Source of the DNA: Alphaproteobacteria bacterium
GTDB lineage: Bacteria; Pseudomonadota; Alphaproteobacteria; Bin95
Assembly: GCA_964291285.2 (NCBI GenBank)
Contig: OZ219787.1
Coordinates: 32,001-96,000 of the forward strand
Length of the DNA stretch: 64,000 nucleotides
Reading direction: 5' to 3'
The notes under the pieces were generated by a model that was not told the DNA's origin, ran no database searches, and was given only the letters and a program-made list of their open reading frames with translations. Positions 1-10,102 of this stretch are shown piece after piece. The first letter of the stretch is position 1. Every line of letters starts with the position of its first letter. A program made the position numbers and the translations under genes.

Positions 1-33
1 CGACTTGCCGATGCAAGGCCCCGGCGCCCCTTT

Positions 34-492
34 CCGTCACCCCGGACTTGATCCGGGGTCCATCCCTGACCGTCCGCGCCTGCCGCGGCCGGTGGAAGGC
101 CGGCCAACCGCCGAGGCTGCCGAGAGAGCCGGAGATGGACCCCGGATCGAGTCCGGGGCGACGGTTGCGGGTCGTGCGGTGCAATGCCGACGCTGCAGAT
201 GTGTGAAGCCGGCAGGGCTCGGGACCGGGGCGACGAGGAGGAGGCCGCGCCCTCTCCCCTCATCCTGAGTAGCGACCGCGTCAGCGGGCGCGTATCGAAG
301 GACCGCTCCGAAACGCCGGCCGCCGCCCTTCGACAGGCTCAGGACAGGCCCCTTCGATACGCCGCTGGCGCGGCTACTCAGGGTGAGGGGGAAGGGAGCG
401 CACCGAACCCGTCGCCCCGGACTTGATCCGGGTGACGGTTGCGGGTCGTGCGGCGCAATGCCGGCGCTGCGGATGTGTGAAGCCGGCAGGGC
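34..492. repeat. Mosaic of two REP/REPIN-like palindromic repeat families
   Basis: Inverted pair gtcaccccggacttgatccggggtccatc (36-64) / gatggaccccggatcgagtccggggcgac (134-162); second family cccctcatcctgagtagc...ctactcagggtgagggg (256-390); ~55-nt direct repeat at 163-218 and 437-492. Confidence 0.8.
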
Positions 493-533
493 GCCAACCG
501 GACAGCAGTGGCCAGGCGGGGGACAGCCTGCCG

Positions 534-968
534 CTACGCCTTCTTCGCCCGCCTCCGCCTGCGGGGGCGGCGGCGTTTGCGCTCCAGGCCGTGGCGTTTC
601 AGGAAGCTCTGCACCGTGCTCGCGCCGAACGAAGCCCCTTCGGCGGCCAGCGCATCGCGCAACCCCCTGACGGTAAGCGCCGGCCGGGCCGCCAGGATGC
701 GGAAAATGCGCTCCCGCTCCGGCTCGATCAGCGACGGCCGGCAGCCGCCCTGCTTGCCGGGCTGCACATGCCCCCGCTCGCGGAACCGCCGCACCCAGCG
801 GCGGACGCTGGACGCCCCCAGCCCGAACTGCCGGGCCGCGGCGGCGGCGCTCATGCCGCCATGCACCACCGCCGCCACCGCCCGGCCGCGCATCTCCAGG
901 CCCACGGCCCGGCCCGGCTTCGGCCCGGGCAATTCGTCTTCCGCCGGGTTCCTCAACTCGTCCGTCAT
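534..968 (-). CDS. IS630-type HTH/winged-helix protein without DDE domain
   Basis: SD AAAGGAGG before ATG 968; GMSAAAAARQFGLGASSVRRWVRR HTH and LTVRGLRDALAAEG...STVQSFLKRHG, typical of IS630 OrfA. Confidence 0.7.
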   Translation of the reverse strand: MTDELRNPAEDELPGPKPGRAVGLEMRGRAVAAVVHGGMSAAAAARQFGLGASSVRRWVRRFRERGHVQPGKQGGCRPSLIEPERERIFRILAARPALTVRGLRDALAAEGASFGASTVQSFLKRHGLERKRRRPRRRRRAKKA

Positions 969-1258
969 CGTTCCTCCTTTCCGCGCTCCGCGCCCGCCGC
1001 CGCCGCGACGGGCCGGGTTGAACCGGACATCCGGCCGTTCCGGGCGTTGCGGCGCGACCAGGTAGAACCGGATATGCGGCCGCCCCGGGCATCGCGGCGG
1101 CCGCACCTTGCCGGTTTGCCGCCCGGCCTTGCGGCCGCCGGCATTCCGGCTCCTCTTCGTCTGCGGAACGGAGGCCTCGCGCGCCCTTCGCGCGCTGCAT
1201 GCGGCCCCCGCCCCGCCATCCGTCAGGTCATGGCTGCGGCCCCGTTCTTCCCGTTTCG

Positions 1259-1273
1259 GAACTTATATAGAAC
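1259..1273. promoter_or_regulatory. Alphaproteobacterial LexA (SOS) box
   Basis: GAAC-TTATATA-GAAC (GAAC-N7-GAAC) in an AT-rich intergenic patch; third GAAC at 1280-1283. Confidence 0.65.
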
Positions 1274-1443
1274 AAACGGGAACAAAATCAAGCGAAAAAT
1301 GCGCCGGGCGGCGGCTGTCGGGACGAAAACACCGGATTGACCGCCAAATTGTCGCAACCTACACTGACCTCCGCATGCGCCGATGGAGCGCGCCGCCGTC
1401 CGGCGGCATTCGCGCCGCCGGAGCTTCAACGGGAGGTAGAACC

Positions 1444-2637
1444 ATGAAAAGACTGTTGACGATTGCCGCCGCCCTGGGCGTCGCGATGTCGGTCGGCACC
1501 ACCGCCGACGCCGCCGACCGGACGGTGAAGATCGCCGGTTTCGGCGCGATGTCGGGCGTCGTCCGCTCCTTCGGCATCAACACGGACGCCGTATTGCGCG
1601 CCGCCGCCAAGGCGATCAACGACGCCGGCGGGGTGAAGCTGGCCGACGGCTCCATGGCGCCGATCGAGGTCACCTTCGACGACGACCGCTGCAATGCCGA
1701 GGAAGGCATCTCGGTCGTGCGCCGGCTCGCCTCGGGCGACGCCGTGGTCGGCGTCGGGCCGACCTGCTCGAATGTGGCCGAGCCGCTGTTCGGCATCCTG
1801 CAGGCGAAAGCAGGCGACGAGGGCGACAGCGGGCTCCGGTTCCCGATCTTCACCGACACCGCGATCAAGGGCGGGCTGGCCAAGATTTCGGAATGGGCGT
1901 TCCGCAACGTCCCGAACGAGAGCCAGATGTACAAGAGCCTGTTCGAGTGGCTCGCCACGCAGCATCCGGACGCCAAGTCCGTCTATGGCGGCGTCGAGGA
2001 GGATTTCGCCCACTCGCGCTTCACCTGGTACAAGGTGATGAAGACGCGCTCGGCCGACGCCGGCTACGAGGTCAAGGGCGAGTCGAAGTGGCTGTTGAAC
2101 GACACCAACTTCACCACCCAGGTGCGCGAGATGAAGCGCGCCGGCGCCGACATCATCTCCATCTCGGCCCATCCCTTCACGACCTGCGGGGTGCTGAAGG
2201 AAATGGCCCGCCAGCGCGTGAAATACAAAGTGCTGGTCGGCCTGACCTCCTCCTCGTCGCTCGAGACCCTGAACGGCTGCGCCAAGCAGGCCGAGGGCAT
2301 CATCATCCCGACCTCCTTCGCGCCGGTTAACCCCGATGCGGTCGCCGCGGCCGACGCCGCCGCGGCGCTGGGCGGCTCCGCCGACCTGCACTCGGCCGCC
2401 GCCTGGGAGATCATGATGATCCTCAAGGACGTCATCGAGGCCGCCGGCATCCAGGCGACCGCCGACTCGGTGCAGGCCGACCGCCGGGCGATCCGCGACG
2501 GCCTGGCCTCGCTCAAGACGACCAAGGGCCTGCTCGGAGAGATCCAGCGGACCGCGGAGGGCGAAGCCGTCAAGCCCTATGTCTATGTCCATGCCGCTGA
2601 CGGCACCTGGGCCGTGCTGCACGACCCGAACGCCTGA
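1444..2637 (+). CDS. Branched-chain amino acid-type ABC substrate-binding protein
   Basis: Signal peptide MKRLLTIAAALG; DDRCNAEEG, GPTCS, TNFTTQV motifs of the LivJ/K family; SD GGAGG. Confidence 0.9.
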   Translation: MKRLLTIAAALGVAMSVGTTADAADRTVKIAGFGAMSGVVRSFGINTDAVLRAAAKAINDAGGVKLADGSMAPIEVTFDDDRCNAEEGISVVRRLASGDAVVGVGPTCSNVAEPLFGILQAKAGDEGDSGLRFPIFTDTAIKGGLAKISEWAFRNVPNESQMYKSLFEWLATQHPDAKSVYGGVEEDFAHSRFTWYKVMKTRSADAGYEVKGESKWLLNDTNFTTQVREMKRAGADIISISAHPFTTCGVLKEMARQRVKYKVLVGLTSSSSLETLNGCAKQAEGIIIPTSFAPVNPDAVAAADAAAALGGSADLHSAAAWEIMMILKDVIEAAGIQATADSVQADRRAIRDGLASLKTTKGLLGEIQRTAEGEAVKPYVYVHAADGTWAVLHDPNA

Positions 2638-2702
2638 GTGACGGGCTGCGGGCCGCCTCTCCCGGCGGCCCGCGGGCGCCCTGACGCCGAAAGGCGGCTG
2701 CC

Positions 2703-3599
2703 ATGTCTGATTTCTGGTGGGACGTGATCGACCCGGTCCAGTCGGTGCTGGACGGGATGATGTTCGGGTCGATCTACGCCCTGATCGGCATCGGCTTCAC
2801 CCTGATCTTCGGGGTGATGCACAGGATCAACCTGGCCTACGCCGCCGCTTCCATCGGCGGGGCGTATGCCAGCCTGGCCGCGTTCCAGCTCCTGTCCGCG
2901 CCGGCCATCGTCGTGTTCCTCTGCGCCGCGGCGGCGTCGGGCGTCATCGGCTACCTCGTCTATATCTGCTGCTTCCGCTTCATCCCGACCGCAATGCCGC
3001 TCGCCACGCTGATGGCGTCGGTGGGCATGCTGATCCTGATCGACGAAGTGGTCGTCCATGCGACGGCGGGCATGCCGGAGCCCTATCCGGCGATGTTCGA
3101 CGACGTGATGATCGACCTCGAGCCGTTCTGGGTGCGCGGCGACCTGCTGATGATCTTCGTGCTCAGCGTCATCGCCATGCTGATCCTGCTTTACGTCCTC
3201 TACCGGACACGGCTGGGGATCGCGACGCGCGCGGTGGCCCAGCAGCCCTCCGCGGCGCAGCTTTGCGGCATCGGCCAGGAGCGCACCAATGCGGCCACCT
3301 TCGTCATCACCGGCGCGCTGGGCGGGCTGGCGGGCGCCATGGTCGGCGCCTCGGTCGGCATCCTCTCGCCGCTGCTCGCCCTGCCGCTCACGGTGAAGGG
3401 CCTCATCGTCACCGTCATCGGCGGCCTCGGCTCGATCCCCGGCGCCATCGTCGCCGGCATACTGGTGGGCGGGTTCGAGAACGTCTTCCAGTATTTCCGC
3501 GGCGTCACGGAGCGCGACATCTATGTCATGCTCCTGCTGTTCGTCTTCCTCACCTTCCGGCCGCAGGGTTTGTTCGGCCGCATCTCCTCAAGGGACTGA
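2703..3599 (+). CDS. LivH-type ABC permease (copy 1)
   Basis: [39 protein letters not shown] motifs. Confidence 0.9.
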   Translation: MSDFWWDVIDPVQSVLDGMMFGSIYALIGIGFTLIFGVMHRINLAYAAASIGGAYASLAAFQLLSAPAIVVFLCAAAASGVIGYLVYICCFRFIPTAMPLATLMASVGMLILIDEVVVHATAGMPEPYPAMFDDVMIDLEPFWVRGDLLMIFVLSVIAMLILLYVLYRTRLGIATRAVAQQPSAAQLCGIGQERTNAATFVITGALGGLAGAMVGASVGILSPLLALPLTVKGLIVTVIGGLGSIPGAIVAGILVGGFENVFQYFRGVTERDIYVMLLLFVFLTFRPQGLFGRISSRD

Positions 3600-3605
3600 A
3601 GCCCC

Positions 3606-4505
3606 GTGGATTTCTATTACGGCATGGCGCAGCTGATCGGCGTGCACACGCTGCTCGGCCTCTCGGCCTATGTCGTGCTGCTGACCGGCCAGGTCTCGAT
3701 GGCCCAGGCGGGGTTCTTCGCCATCGGCGCCTATCTGGCCGGTATGCTGACCGTGCTGGCCGGCTGGCACATCGTCCCGGCCATGCTGCTCGCCGCCGTC
3801 GCCTCGGCCTTCGTGGCCACCGTCGTCGGCTTCCCGGCGCTGCGCGTGAAGGGGTTGATGCTGGTCGTCGCCACGCTCGCCTTCGGCGAAGCGGTGCGGA
3901 TTTTCTGGTTCAACTTCGACTACCAGATCGCCAAGGGCAACATCCAGGTCGGGCCGCTCGGCGGCGAGGGCTTCAAGCAGATCCGCTATTTCCCCGAGAA
4001 CGGCTGGTCCACGGCCGATGTGGCGCTCTTCATCTGGGCCTGGGTGATCGCCGCGATGGTCGCGCTCTGGTGGATGGACCGCAGCCGCGTCGGCTCGGTG
4101 CTGCGCGCGGTCGGCGAAGACGAGCTCGCCGCCCAGTCGGTCGGCATCAACCTGACGGCCGTCAAGGTTTCGGCCATGGGGATCGGCGGCTTCATCGCGG
4201 GGCTCGGCGGGGCGATCTACGCCCATTACACCACCCATATCGAACATCTCAATTTCGGCGTTGTGCTGGCGACCTTCGCCATCGCCTATCCGATCCTGGG
4301 CGGGCTTTCCTCCGTGATCGGGGTGCTCATCGCGGTAATCTTCATCCAGGGGTTCCTGGTGGAGGTGCTGCGCTTCATGGGCGACTGGCGCAACCTCCTG
4401 TTCGGGGCGCTCATCGTGCTGGCGATGAATGTCCGGCCCGACGGGCTGTTCGACGCCCGCGCGATGCGCACGCTGCGCCGGCTCCTCGGCACCCGCGATG
4501 CTTGA
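3606..4505 (+). CDS. LivM-type ABC permease (copy 1)
   Basis: [35 protein letters not shown] motifs. Confidence 0.9.
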   Translation: MDFYYGMAQLIGVHTLLGLSAYVVLLTGQVSMAQAGFFAIGAYLAGMLTVLAGWHIVPAMLLAAVASAFVATVVGFPALRVKGLMLVVATLAFGEAVRIFWFNFDYQIAKGNIQVGPLGGEGFKQIRYFPENGWSTADVALFIWAWVIAAMVALWWMDRSRVGSVLRAVGEDELAAQSVGINLTAVKVSAMGIGGFIAGLGGAIYAHYTTHIEHLNFGVVLATFAIAYPILGGLSSVIGVLIAVIFIQGFLVEVLRFMGDWRNLLFGALIVLAMNVRPDGLFDARAMRTLRRLLGTRDA

Positions 4506-5244
4506 ACTCCACAGCCTCTCCAGGCATTTCGGCGGCGTGCGGGCCGTCGACGACCTCAGCCTGACGGTGGAGCAGGGCGAGATCTTCGGCCTGATCGGCC
4601 CGAACGGCTCCGGCAAGAGCACCACCGTCAACCTGATCTGCGGCGTGTTCCCGACCACCTCCGGCGCCGTCGTCTTCGAGGGGCGGGACATCACCGACGC
4701 CCCGTCGCACCGGGTCGTGGCCGCCGGCATCGGCCGCACGTTCCAGAACATCCGCCTGTTCGGCGACCTGACGGTCTGGCAGAACCTGTGGGTGGCGCAG
4801 AACTCGGTCGAGGAACGGCAGACCGGCCGGCTTGCGCGCTGGCTCGGCGGGCAGCGGCGCGGCCGGGACTATGCCGGGGAGCTGCTGAAATTCGCCGGCC
4901 TCGCCGACCGTGCGGACGAACTGGCCCGCAATCTCGCCTTCGGCGAACAGAGGCGGCTGGAAATGGCCCGGGCGCTCGCGGCCAGGCCGAAACTGCTGCT
5001 GCTCGACGAACCGGCCGCCGGCATGAACGCCGAAGAGGTGGGCCAGCTCGCGACCCGCATCCGGGCGCTGCGCGAGCACGGCATGACGATCCTGCTCGTC
5101 GAGCATGTCATGGAACTCGTCATGGGCGTGACGGACCGGATCGCGGTCCTCAATTTCGGGCAGAAGATCGCCGAGGGCGCGCCGGCCGAAATCCGGGAGG
5201 ACCCGGCGGTGCGCACGGCCTATCTGGGAACGGCCGATGCTTGA
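4498..5244 (+). CDS. LivG-type ABC ATPase (copy 1)
   Basis: [26 protein letters not shown]. Confidence 0.9.
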   Translation: MLELHSLSRHFGGVRAVDDLSLTVEQGEIFGLIGPNGSGKSTTVNLICGVFPTTSGAVVFEGRDITDAPSHRVVAAGIGRTFQNIRLFGDLTVWQNLWVAQNSVEERQTGRLARWLGGQRRGRDYAGELLKFAGLADRADELARNLAFGEQRRLEMARALAARPKLLLLDEPAAGMNAEEVGQLATRIRALREHGMTILLVEHVMELVMGVTDRIAVLNFGQKIAEGAPAEIREDPAVRTAYLGTADA

Positions 5245-5956
5245 GGTCCGGGGGCTGGTCACGAATTACGGGATGATCGAGGCGCTCAAGGGCGTGGACA
5301 TCTCCGCGGCCGAGGGCCGCATCACCTGCGTCCTCGGCCCGAACGGCGCCGGCAAGACGACCTTGCTGATGACGATCGCCGGCCTGCTCCGCCCGAGGCG
5401 CGGCAGCGTAACCTTCGAAGGCCGCACCATAACCGCCGCCTCCTCCGCGGCGGTCGTCCGCCAGGGCCTCGCGCTCGTGCCGGAAAACCGGCTCGTCTTC
5501 CCGGACATGACCGTGCGCGAAAACTTGGTCGCGGGCGCCTATACCCGCCTTGCCCGCGACCGCGGCGAAGCGATGGCCGATCTGGACCGGATGCTGGAGC
5601 GCTTTCCGGTGTTGAATGCGAGAGTGAACGCCAATGCCGGCACGCTCTCGGGAGGCGAGCAGCAGATGCTGGCCGTCGCGCGCGCGCTCATGACGAAGCC
5701 GCGCTGCCTGCTGATGGACGAACCGTCGCTCGGCCTGGCGCCCATGATCGTCGCGGAAGTCTTCGACATCATTCGGGAACTGAACGAGGACGGCGTCACG
5801 ATCCTGCTGGTTGAGCAGAACGCCCACATGGCGCTCACGGTCGCACACCATTTCTTCCTGCTCGACCAGGGCCGGGTGGCCTTCGACGGCGACCCCGGCG
5901 CTATGGCCGAGGACGAGGTCATACAGCGGGCCTATCTCGGGTCTGCCGGCGGCTGA
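5237..5956 (+). CDS. LivF-type ABC ATPase (copy 1)
   Basis: GPNGAGKT, LSGGEQQMLA, DEPSLGLAP, VEQN. Confidence 0.9.
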   Translation: MLEVRGLVTNYGMIEALKGVDISAAEGRITCVLGPNGAGKTTLLMTIAGLLRPRRGSVTFEGRTITAASSAAVVRQGLALVPENRLVFPDMTVRENLVAGAYTRLARDRGEAMADLDRMLERFPVLNARVNANAGTLSGGEQQMLAVARALMTKPRCLLMDEPSLGLAPMIVAEVFDIIRELNEDGVTILLVEQNAHMALTVAHHFFLLDQGRVAFDGDPGAMAEDEVIQRAYLGSAGG

Positions 5957-5962
5957 GGCGCC

Positions 5963-6862
5963 ATGGCCGATTTCCTCCAGAACTGTCTGGACGGAATTGC
6001 CACAGGATCCGCCTACGCCCTGCTCGCGCTCGGCTTCACGCTGATCTTCGGGGTCCTGCGGCGCCTGAATCTTTCCTACGGCCCGTCTATCATGGCGGGC
6101 GTGTTCGCAGGCACTGCACTCTATACGGCATTCAACGCAGGGCTTGCCGAAATCGCGATCGCAACCGTGATCGGCGCCGTGGTCGTCGGGGCCTATATCG
6201 AGCGGCTTTGCTTCTGGGCCATCCGCAAGGACATGGCGGTGGCGTCGATGGTCTCCAGCTTCGTCATCTGGATGCAGATCGAGGAAGGCGTGACGCTCCT
6301 CTTTCCCGACCGGACCTATGCCTTTCCCGGCATACTCGTGGACGCGGTGGTCGAGTTCGGGCCTTTCTTTCTCCGCGCCTCCAGCCTGGCGATGCTCGCC
6401 ATCGCGGCCCTCGCCGTGCTCGGCCTGCTCGGGCTCATCTACCGCACGCATTTCGGCCTCGCCGTGCGCGCCGTTTCCGAGAACCCGGAGGCGGCGCGGG
6501 TCGCGGGCGTCAATACCGGCCTGGTGACGCTGATCGCCTTCGCCTGCGCGTCAGCGCTTGGCGGGCTCGCCGGCTTTCTGATCGCCGCGGGCGACGAGCA
6601 GATCACGCCGCTCTTCGGGCTCTGGGCGACCTTCAAGGGCCTCATCGCAATGATGCTGGGCGGCATGGGCTCGATTCCGGGCGCGGTGCTGGGCGGGCTC
6701 CTCCTCGGCGTCGTCGAGGCCAATGCGCTCTGGTATCTCGGCGTCGAGACGCGCGACCTCATCGCGTACATGCTGCTTTTCGCCGTGCTCGCATTCCGCC
6801 CGGGCGGGCTCATGGGCCAGGCCGCGCTCATGGCGCGGCGCGCGGCGGAAAGCCGGGTCTAG
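5963..6862 (+). CDS. LivH-type ABC permease (copy 2)
   Basis: [28 protein letters not shown]. Confidence 0.9.
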   Translation: MADFLQNCLDGIATGSAYALLALGFTLIFGVLRRLNLSYGPSIMAGVFAGTALYTAFNAGLAEIAIATVIGAVVVGAYIERLCFWAIRKDMAVASMVSSFVIWMQIEEGVTLLFPDRTYAFPGILVDAVVEFGPFFLRASSLAMLAIAALAVLGLLGLIYRTHFGLAVRAVSENPEAARVAGVNTGLVTLIAFACASALGGLAGFLIAAGDEQITPLFGLWATFKGLIAMMLGGMGSIPGAVLGGLLLGVVEANALWYLGVETRDLIAYMLLFAVLAFRPGGLMGQAALMARRAAESRV

Positions 6863-6866
6863 GACC

Positions 6867-7775
6867 ATGCTCGACGACCACCTCATCGGCGTGCTCTCCA
6901 ACATGGGCATGATCTCCTTCATCGCCCTGTCGGCCTATCTGGTCCTTGTCGTCGGCGAGATTTCCTTCGGGCAGCAGGCCTTCTTCGCGGTCTCGGCCTA
7001 CGCCTCGGGCATCGCGTCGGCCATGTGGGGCTGGCCGTTTCTGGGAGCGGTGCTGTGGGGCGCGGCCGTTGCGGGCCTTGCGGGTCTTCTGCTCGCCATC
7101 CCGACCCTGCGCATAAGGGGGCTCTATTTCGCCATTGCGACGCTGGCGTTTGCGGAAATGGTGCGCCTTGCGCTCGAAATCTTCACCTACCAGGTTGAGC
7201 AGGACGGGGAGCTCGTCGGCCCCAACGGCTCCGAGGGATTCCGGGACATCCGCTACATCTACGAGGCCGACATTTCCGCTGGTGAGTTCCTGCTAGTCAT
7301 ACTGGCGCTGCTGGCGGCGACGCTCGCCATAATCCTCTGGATCGAGAGAACGCGCCTCGGCGCCATATTGCGCATGGTGGGCGAGGACCCGGTGCTTGCC
7401 CGCCTCCAGGGCGTCAATGTGAACCTCGCCAAGATCGCAACGGTTGCCGCCGCTGGACTCGTGGCCGGCATTGGCGGCGCACTCTACGCCCATCTCAACA
7501 CCTATGTCGAGCCGAAAATCTTCAATGTCATGCTCGGGGTGCACGGCCTCGCCTACGGCCTGATCGGCGGCCTCGGCACGGCATTCGGCCCGCTGCTGGG
7601 CGTCGCGCTCGATATCGGCGTCCTCGAATCGACGCGCGCCTTCTCCGGCTACCGCATGATCGTGTTCGGCGGGCTGGTCGCGGTCCTGCTGATCGTTCGC
7701 CCGCGCGGATTGCTGGACGAGGCCGCCGTTTACCGCATCCGCCGCTTCCTGCTGAGGAAACATGCTGGCGATTGA
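6867..7775 (+). CDS. LivM-type ABC permease (copy 2)
   Basis: GEISFGQQAFF, GLYFAIATLAFAE; ATG just after the upstream stop. Confidence 0.9.
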   Translation: MLDDHLIGVLSNMGMISFIALSAYLVLVVGEISFGQQAFFAVSAYASGIASAMWGWPFLGAVLWGAAVAGLAGLLLAIPTLRIRGLYFAIATLAFAEMVRLALEIFTYQVEQDGELVGPNGSEGFRDIRYIYEADISAGEFLLVILALLAATLAIILWIERTRLGAILRMVGEDPVLARLQGVNVNLAKIATVAAAGLVAGIGGALYAHLNTYVEPKIFNVMLGVHGLAYGLIGGLGTAFGPLLGVALDIGVLESTRAFSGYRMIVFGGLVAVLLIVRPRGLLDEAAVYRIRRFLLRKHAGD

Positions 7776-8514
7776 AGGGCTGACGGTCCGCTTCGGCGGC
7801 TTGACGGCGCTGGACGACATGTCGCTTCGCGCCGCCGACGGAGAGGTGCTGGGCCTGATCGGTCCGAACGGTTCCGGCAAGACCACGCTCATCAACGCGC
7901 TGACGGGCGTCTATCCGGCGACGGGCCGGGTCCGCTTCCGGGGCGAGGATCTGCTGGGTCTGCCGCCGGAGCGGATCGTGCGGCTCGGCCTTGTGCGCAC
8001 CTTCCAGAACTTGCGCGTCTTCAGACGCATGACGGTGATCGAGAACGTGCTCGCCGCACAGAACGGCATGACCGGCATCGCGCTCGCCGACCTCATCGGC
8101 GGCCGGCGCCGCGACGGAAGACGGCGCGAGCAGGCGCATGAGTTGGTCGAACGGGTCGGGCTCGGCAATGACGCCGACCGGCTGGCGGGCACGCTGCCGC
8201 TTGCAAGCCAGCGCCGCCTGGAGCTGGCGCGGGCGCTGGTTCGCGACCCCGCACTGCTGCTGCTCGACGAACCTTCGGGCGGCATGACCCCGGCCGAGAC
8301 GCGGGAGATGACCGGGCTCATTGCAGGGCTCGCTTGCCCCGGCCGAACCGTCATGGTGGTCGAGCACAAGATGGCGCTCATCACTGGCCTCTGCACGCGG
8401 CTCGCCGTGCTGAATTTCGGCAGGCTGATCGCCGAAGGCGTGCCCGCTGAGGTCCTGCGCCGGCCGGCGGTGGTCGAGGCCTATCTGGGCACCGAGGCCC
8501 CGGTCGATGCTTGA
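7762..8514 (+). CDS. LivG-type ABC ATPase (copy 2)
   Basis: GPNGSGKT, RTFQNLRVF, LLDEPSGG. Confidence 0.9.
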   Translation: MLAIEGLTVRFGGLTALDDMSLRAADGEVLGLIGPNGSGKTTLINALTGVYPATGRVRFRGEDLLGLPPERIVRLGLVRTFQNLRVFRRMTVIENVLAAQNGMTGIALADLIGGRRRDGRRREQAHELVERVGLGNDADRLAGTLPLASQRRLELARALVRDPALLLLDEPSGGMTPAETREMTGLIAGLACPGRTVMVVEHKMALITGLCTRLAVLNFGRLIAEGVPAEVLRRPAVVEAYLGTEAPVDA

Positions 8515-9202
8515 GGTCCGCGACCTGTCGGTAAGCTACGGGCCGGTGCAGGCGCTGGCCGGCATTTCGCTCGAAGTGCGCGAAGGCGAAATCGTAGCCC
8601 TGATCGGCGCCAACGGCGCAGGCAAGAGTTCGCTCATCCACGCCGTCGCCGGCCTCGCGCCCGCCGCTGGCGGAAGAGTCTCCTTCCGGGGAGAGGAGGT
8701 GCTCGGACTGCCGAGCCATCGCATATTCCGGCGTGGCATCGCGCTGTGCCCCGAGGGGCGCATGGTACTGGGCGGCCTGACGGTCGAGGAAAACCTGAAG
8801 CTCGCCGCTCCGGGACGCCGTTCGTTCGCGGACCTCTACGAGCTGTTTCCGAGGCTCGGGGTGCGCGCATCGAGCCGGGGCGCCTCGCTTTCGGGCGGCG
8901 AAGCGCAGATGCTGGCCATCGCCCGCGCGCTGGCTCAGGAACCCCTGCTGCTGCTGCTGGACGAACCCTCGCTCGGACTGGCGCCGAACGCCGTGCAGGC
9001 CATCTTTGCGCTGCTGCCGCAACTCCGGGACCGGGGATTGACGATCCTCCTGGTTGAGCAAAATCTCGTCCAGGCGCTGAGGGCCGCCGACCGCGCCTAT
9101 CTCCTGGAGAGCGGACGCATCGCGCGGCAGGGCCCGGCGGAGGCGCTGCTGGGGGACGAAGGCATCGTCGAGCGCTATCTCGGTCTGGAACAGGAGGCCT
9201 GA
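8507..9202 (+). CDS. LivF-type ABC ATPase (copy 2)
   Basis: GANGAGKS, LSGGEAQMLA, DEPSLGLAP. Confidence 0.9.
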   Translation: MLEVRDLSVSYGPVQALAGISLEVREGEIVALIGANGAGKSSLIHAVAGLAPAAGGRVSFRGEEVLGLPSHRIFRRGIALCPEGRMVLGGLTVEENLKLAAPGRRSFADLYELFPRLGVRASSRGASLSGGEAQMLAIARALAQEPLLLLLDEPSLGLAPNAVQAIFALLPQLRDRGLTILLVEQNLVQALRAADRAYLLESGRIARQGPAEALLGDEGIVERYLGLEQEA

Positions 9203-9203
9203 C

Positions 9204-9623
9204 ATGATCCGCACAATGGCGCTTGCAGCCTTGGGGTTCGCATCCCTTGCTTCCGCCGCTCTGGCCGGTGAGCGCGCCGCCGCCGATGTGGCCTGCGAGC
9301 CGACCGCCGAGGCGCTCGTCTATTCCTGCACCATCGTCGTGACCGGCCGCAAGTCGACCGAGCCCGTCCTTGCGGAGGCGCTTTCCGTCAAGGCCGACAT
9401 GCCCAGCATGCCGATGGCGCACAATCTTCCTCCGGCAAGCGCCATGCCCGTCGAAGGCAAGCCCGGCCACTACATGGCAACGCTGGAACTTGAAATGCAC
9501 GGCGAATGGGCGTTGGCCATCGAGGTGGACGGAAAGACCGCGGAAACGGTCGCGCGCGTTCGCGACAAGGTCATCGTCAAGCGGACATTCGGCCGGGGAC
9601 ACGACGCCGCGCCAAAGCAGTAG
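9204..9623 (+). CDS. Secreted FixH/YtkA-like protein
   Basis: Signal peptide; ADMPSMPMAH and PGHY...MHGEW motifs. Confidence 0.65.
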   Translation: MIRTMALAALGFASLASAALAGERAAADVACEPTAEALVYSCTIVVTGRKSTEPVLAEALSVKADMPSMPMAHNLPPASAMPVEGKPGHYMATLELEMHGEWALAIEVDGKTAETVARVRDKVIVKRTFGRGHDAAPKQ

Positions 9624-9721
9624 GCGGCCGGTATGCCGCTGTCGGGGCCGCCGTGCCCGATACCGTCCGATGTGCTATTTGTCGGCTGACATTCGCCGGC
9701 TGAGGGGAGAACAGGAAAGCC

Positions 9722-10102
9722 ATGCTGACAAGACGCAATCCGGACTCCGTCCACGCCCCGCGCGGCTACTCGCATTCGGTGGAAGCGCCTGCGGGTGCCA
9801 CCTGGGTCTATATTTCCGGGCAGGTGGGCGTCAGGCCTGACGGCTCCGTCGTGGAGGATGCGCGCGGCCAGATCGACCAGGTCTGGGTCAATCTGGGCGC
9901 ACAGTTGGAGGCAGCGGGCCTGTCGCGGGAAAATATCGTCAAGATCAACGTCTTCCTCACCCGCCGGGAGGATATCCATTACTACCGCGAAAGCCGGGGC
10001 GCTTTTCTCGGCGACAACCCGCCGGCTTCGACGCTGTTGTTCGTGGCGGGCCTGGCCGACCCGGCGATGGTGGTCGAGATCGAGGCCATGTGCGTCAAAT
10101 GA
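9722..10102 (+). CDS. RidA/YjgF family protein
   Basis: GYSHSV, YISGQVG, PPASTLLFVAGLA, VEIEA. Confidence 0.9.
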   Translation: MLTRRNPDSVHAPRGYSHSVEAPAGATWVYISGQVGVRPDGSVVEDARGQIDQVWVNLGAQLEAAGLSRENIVKINVFLTRREDIHYYRESRGAFLGDNPPASTLLFVAGLADPAMVVEIEAMCVK

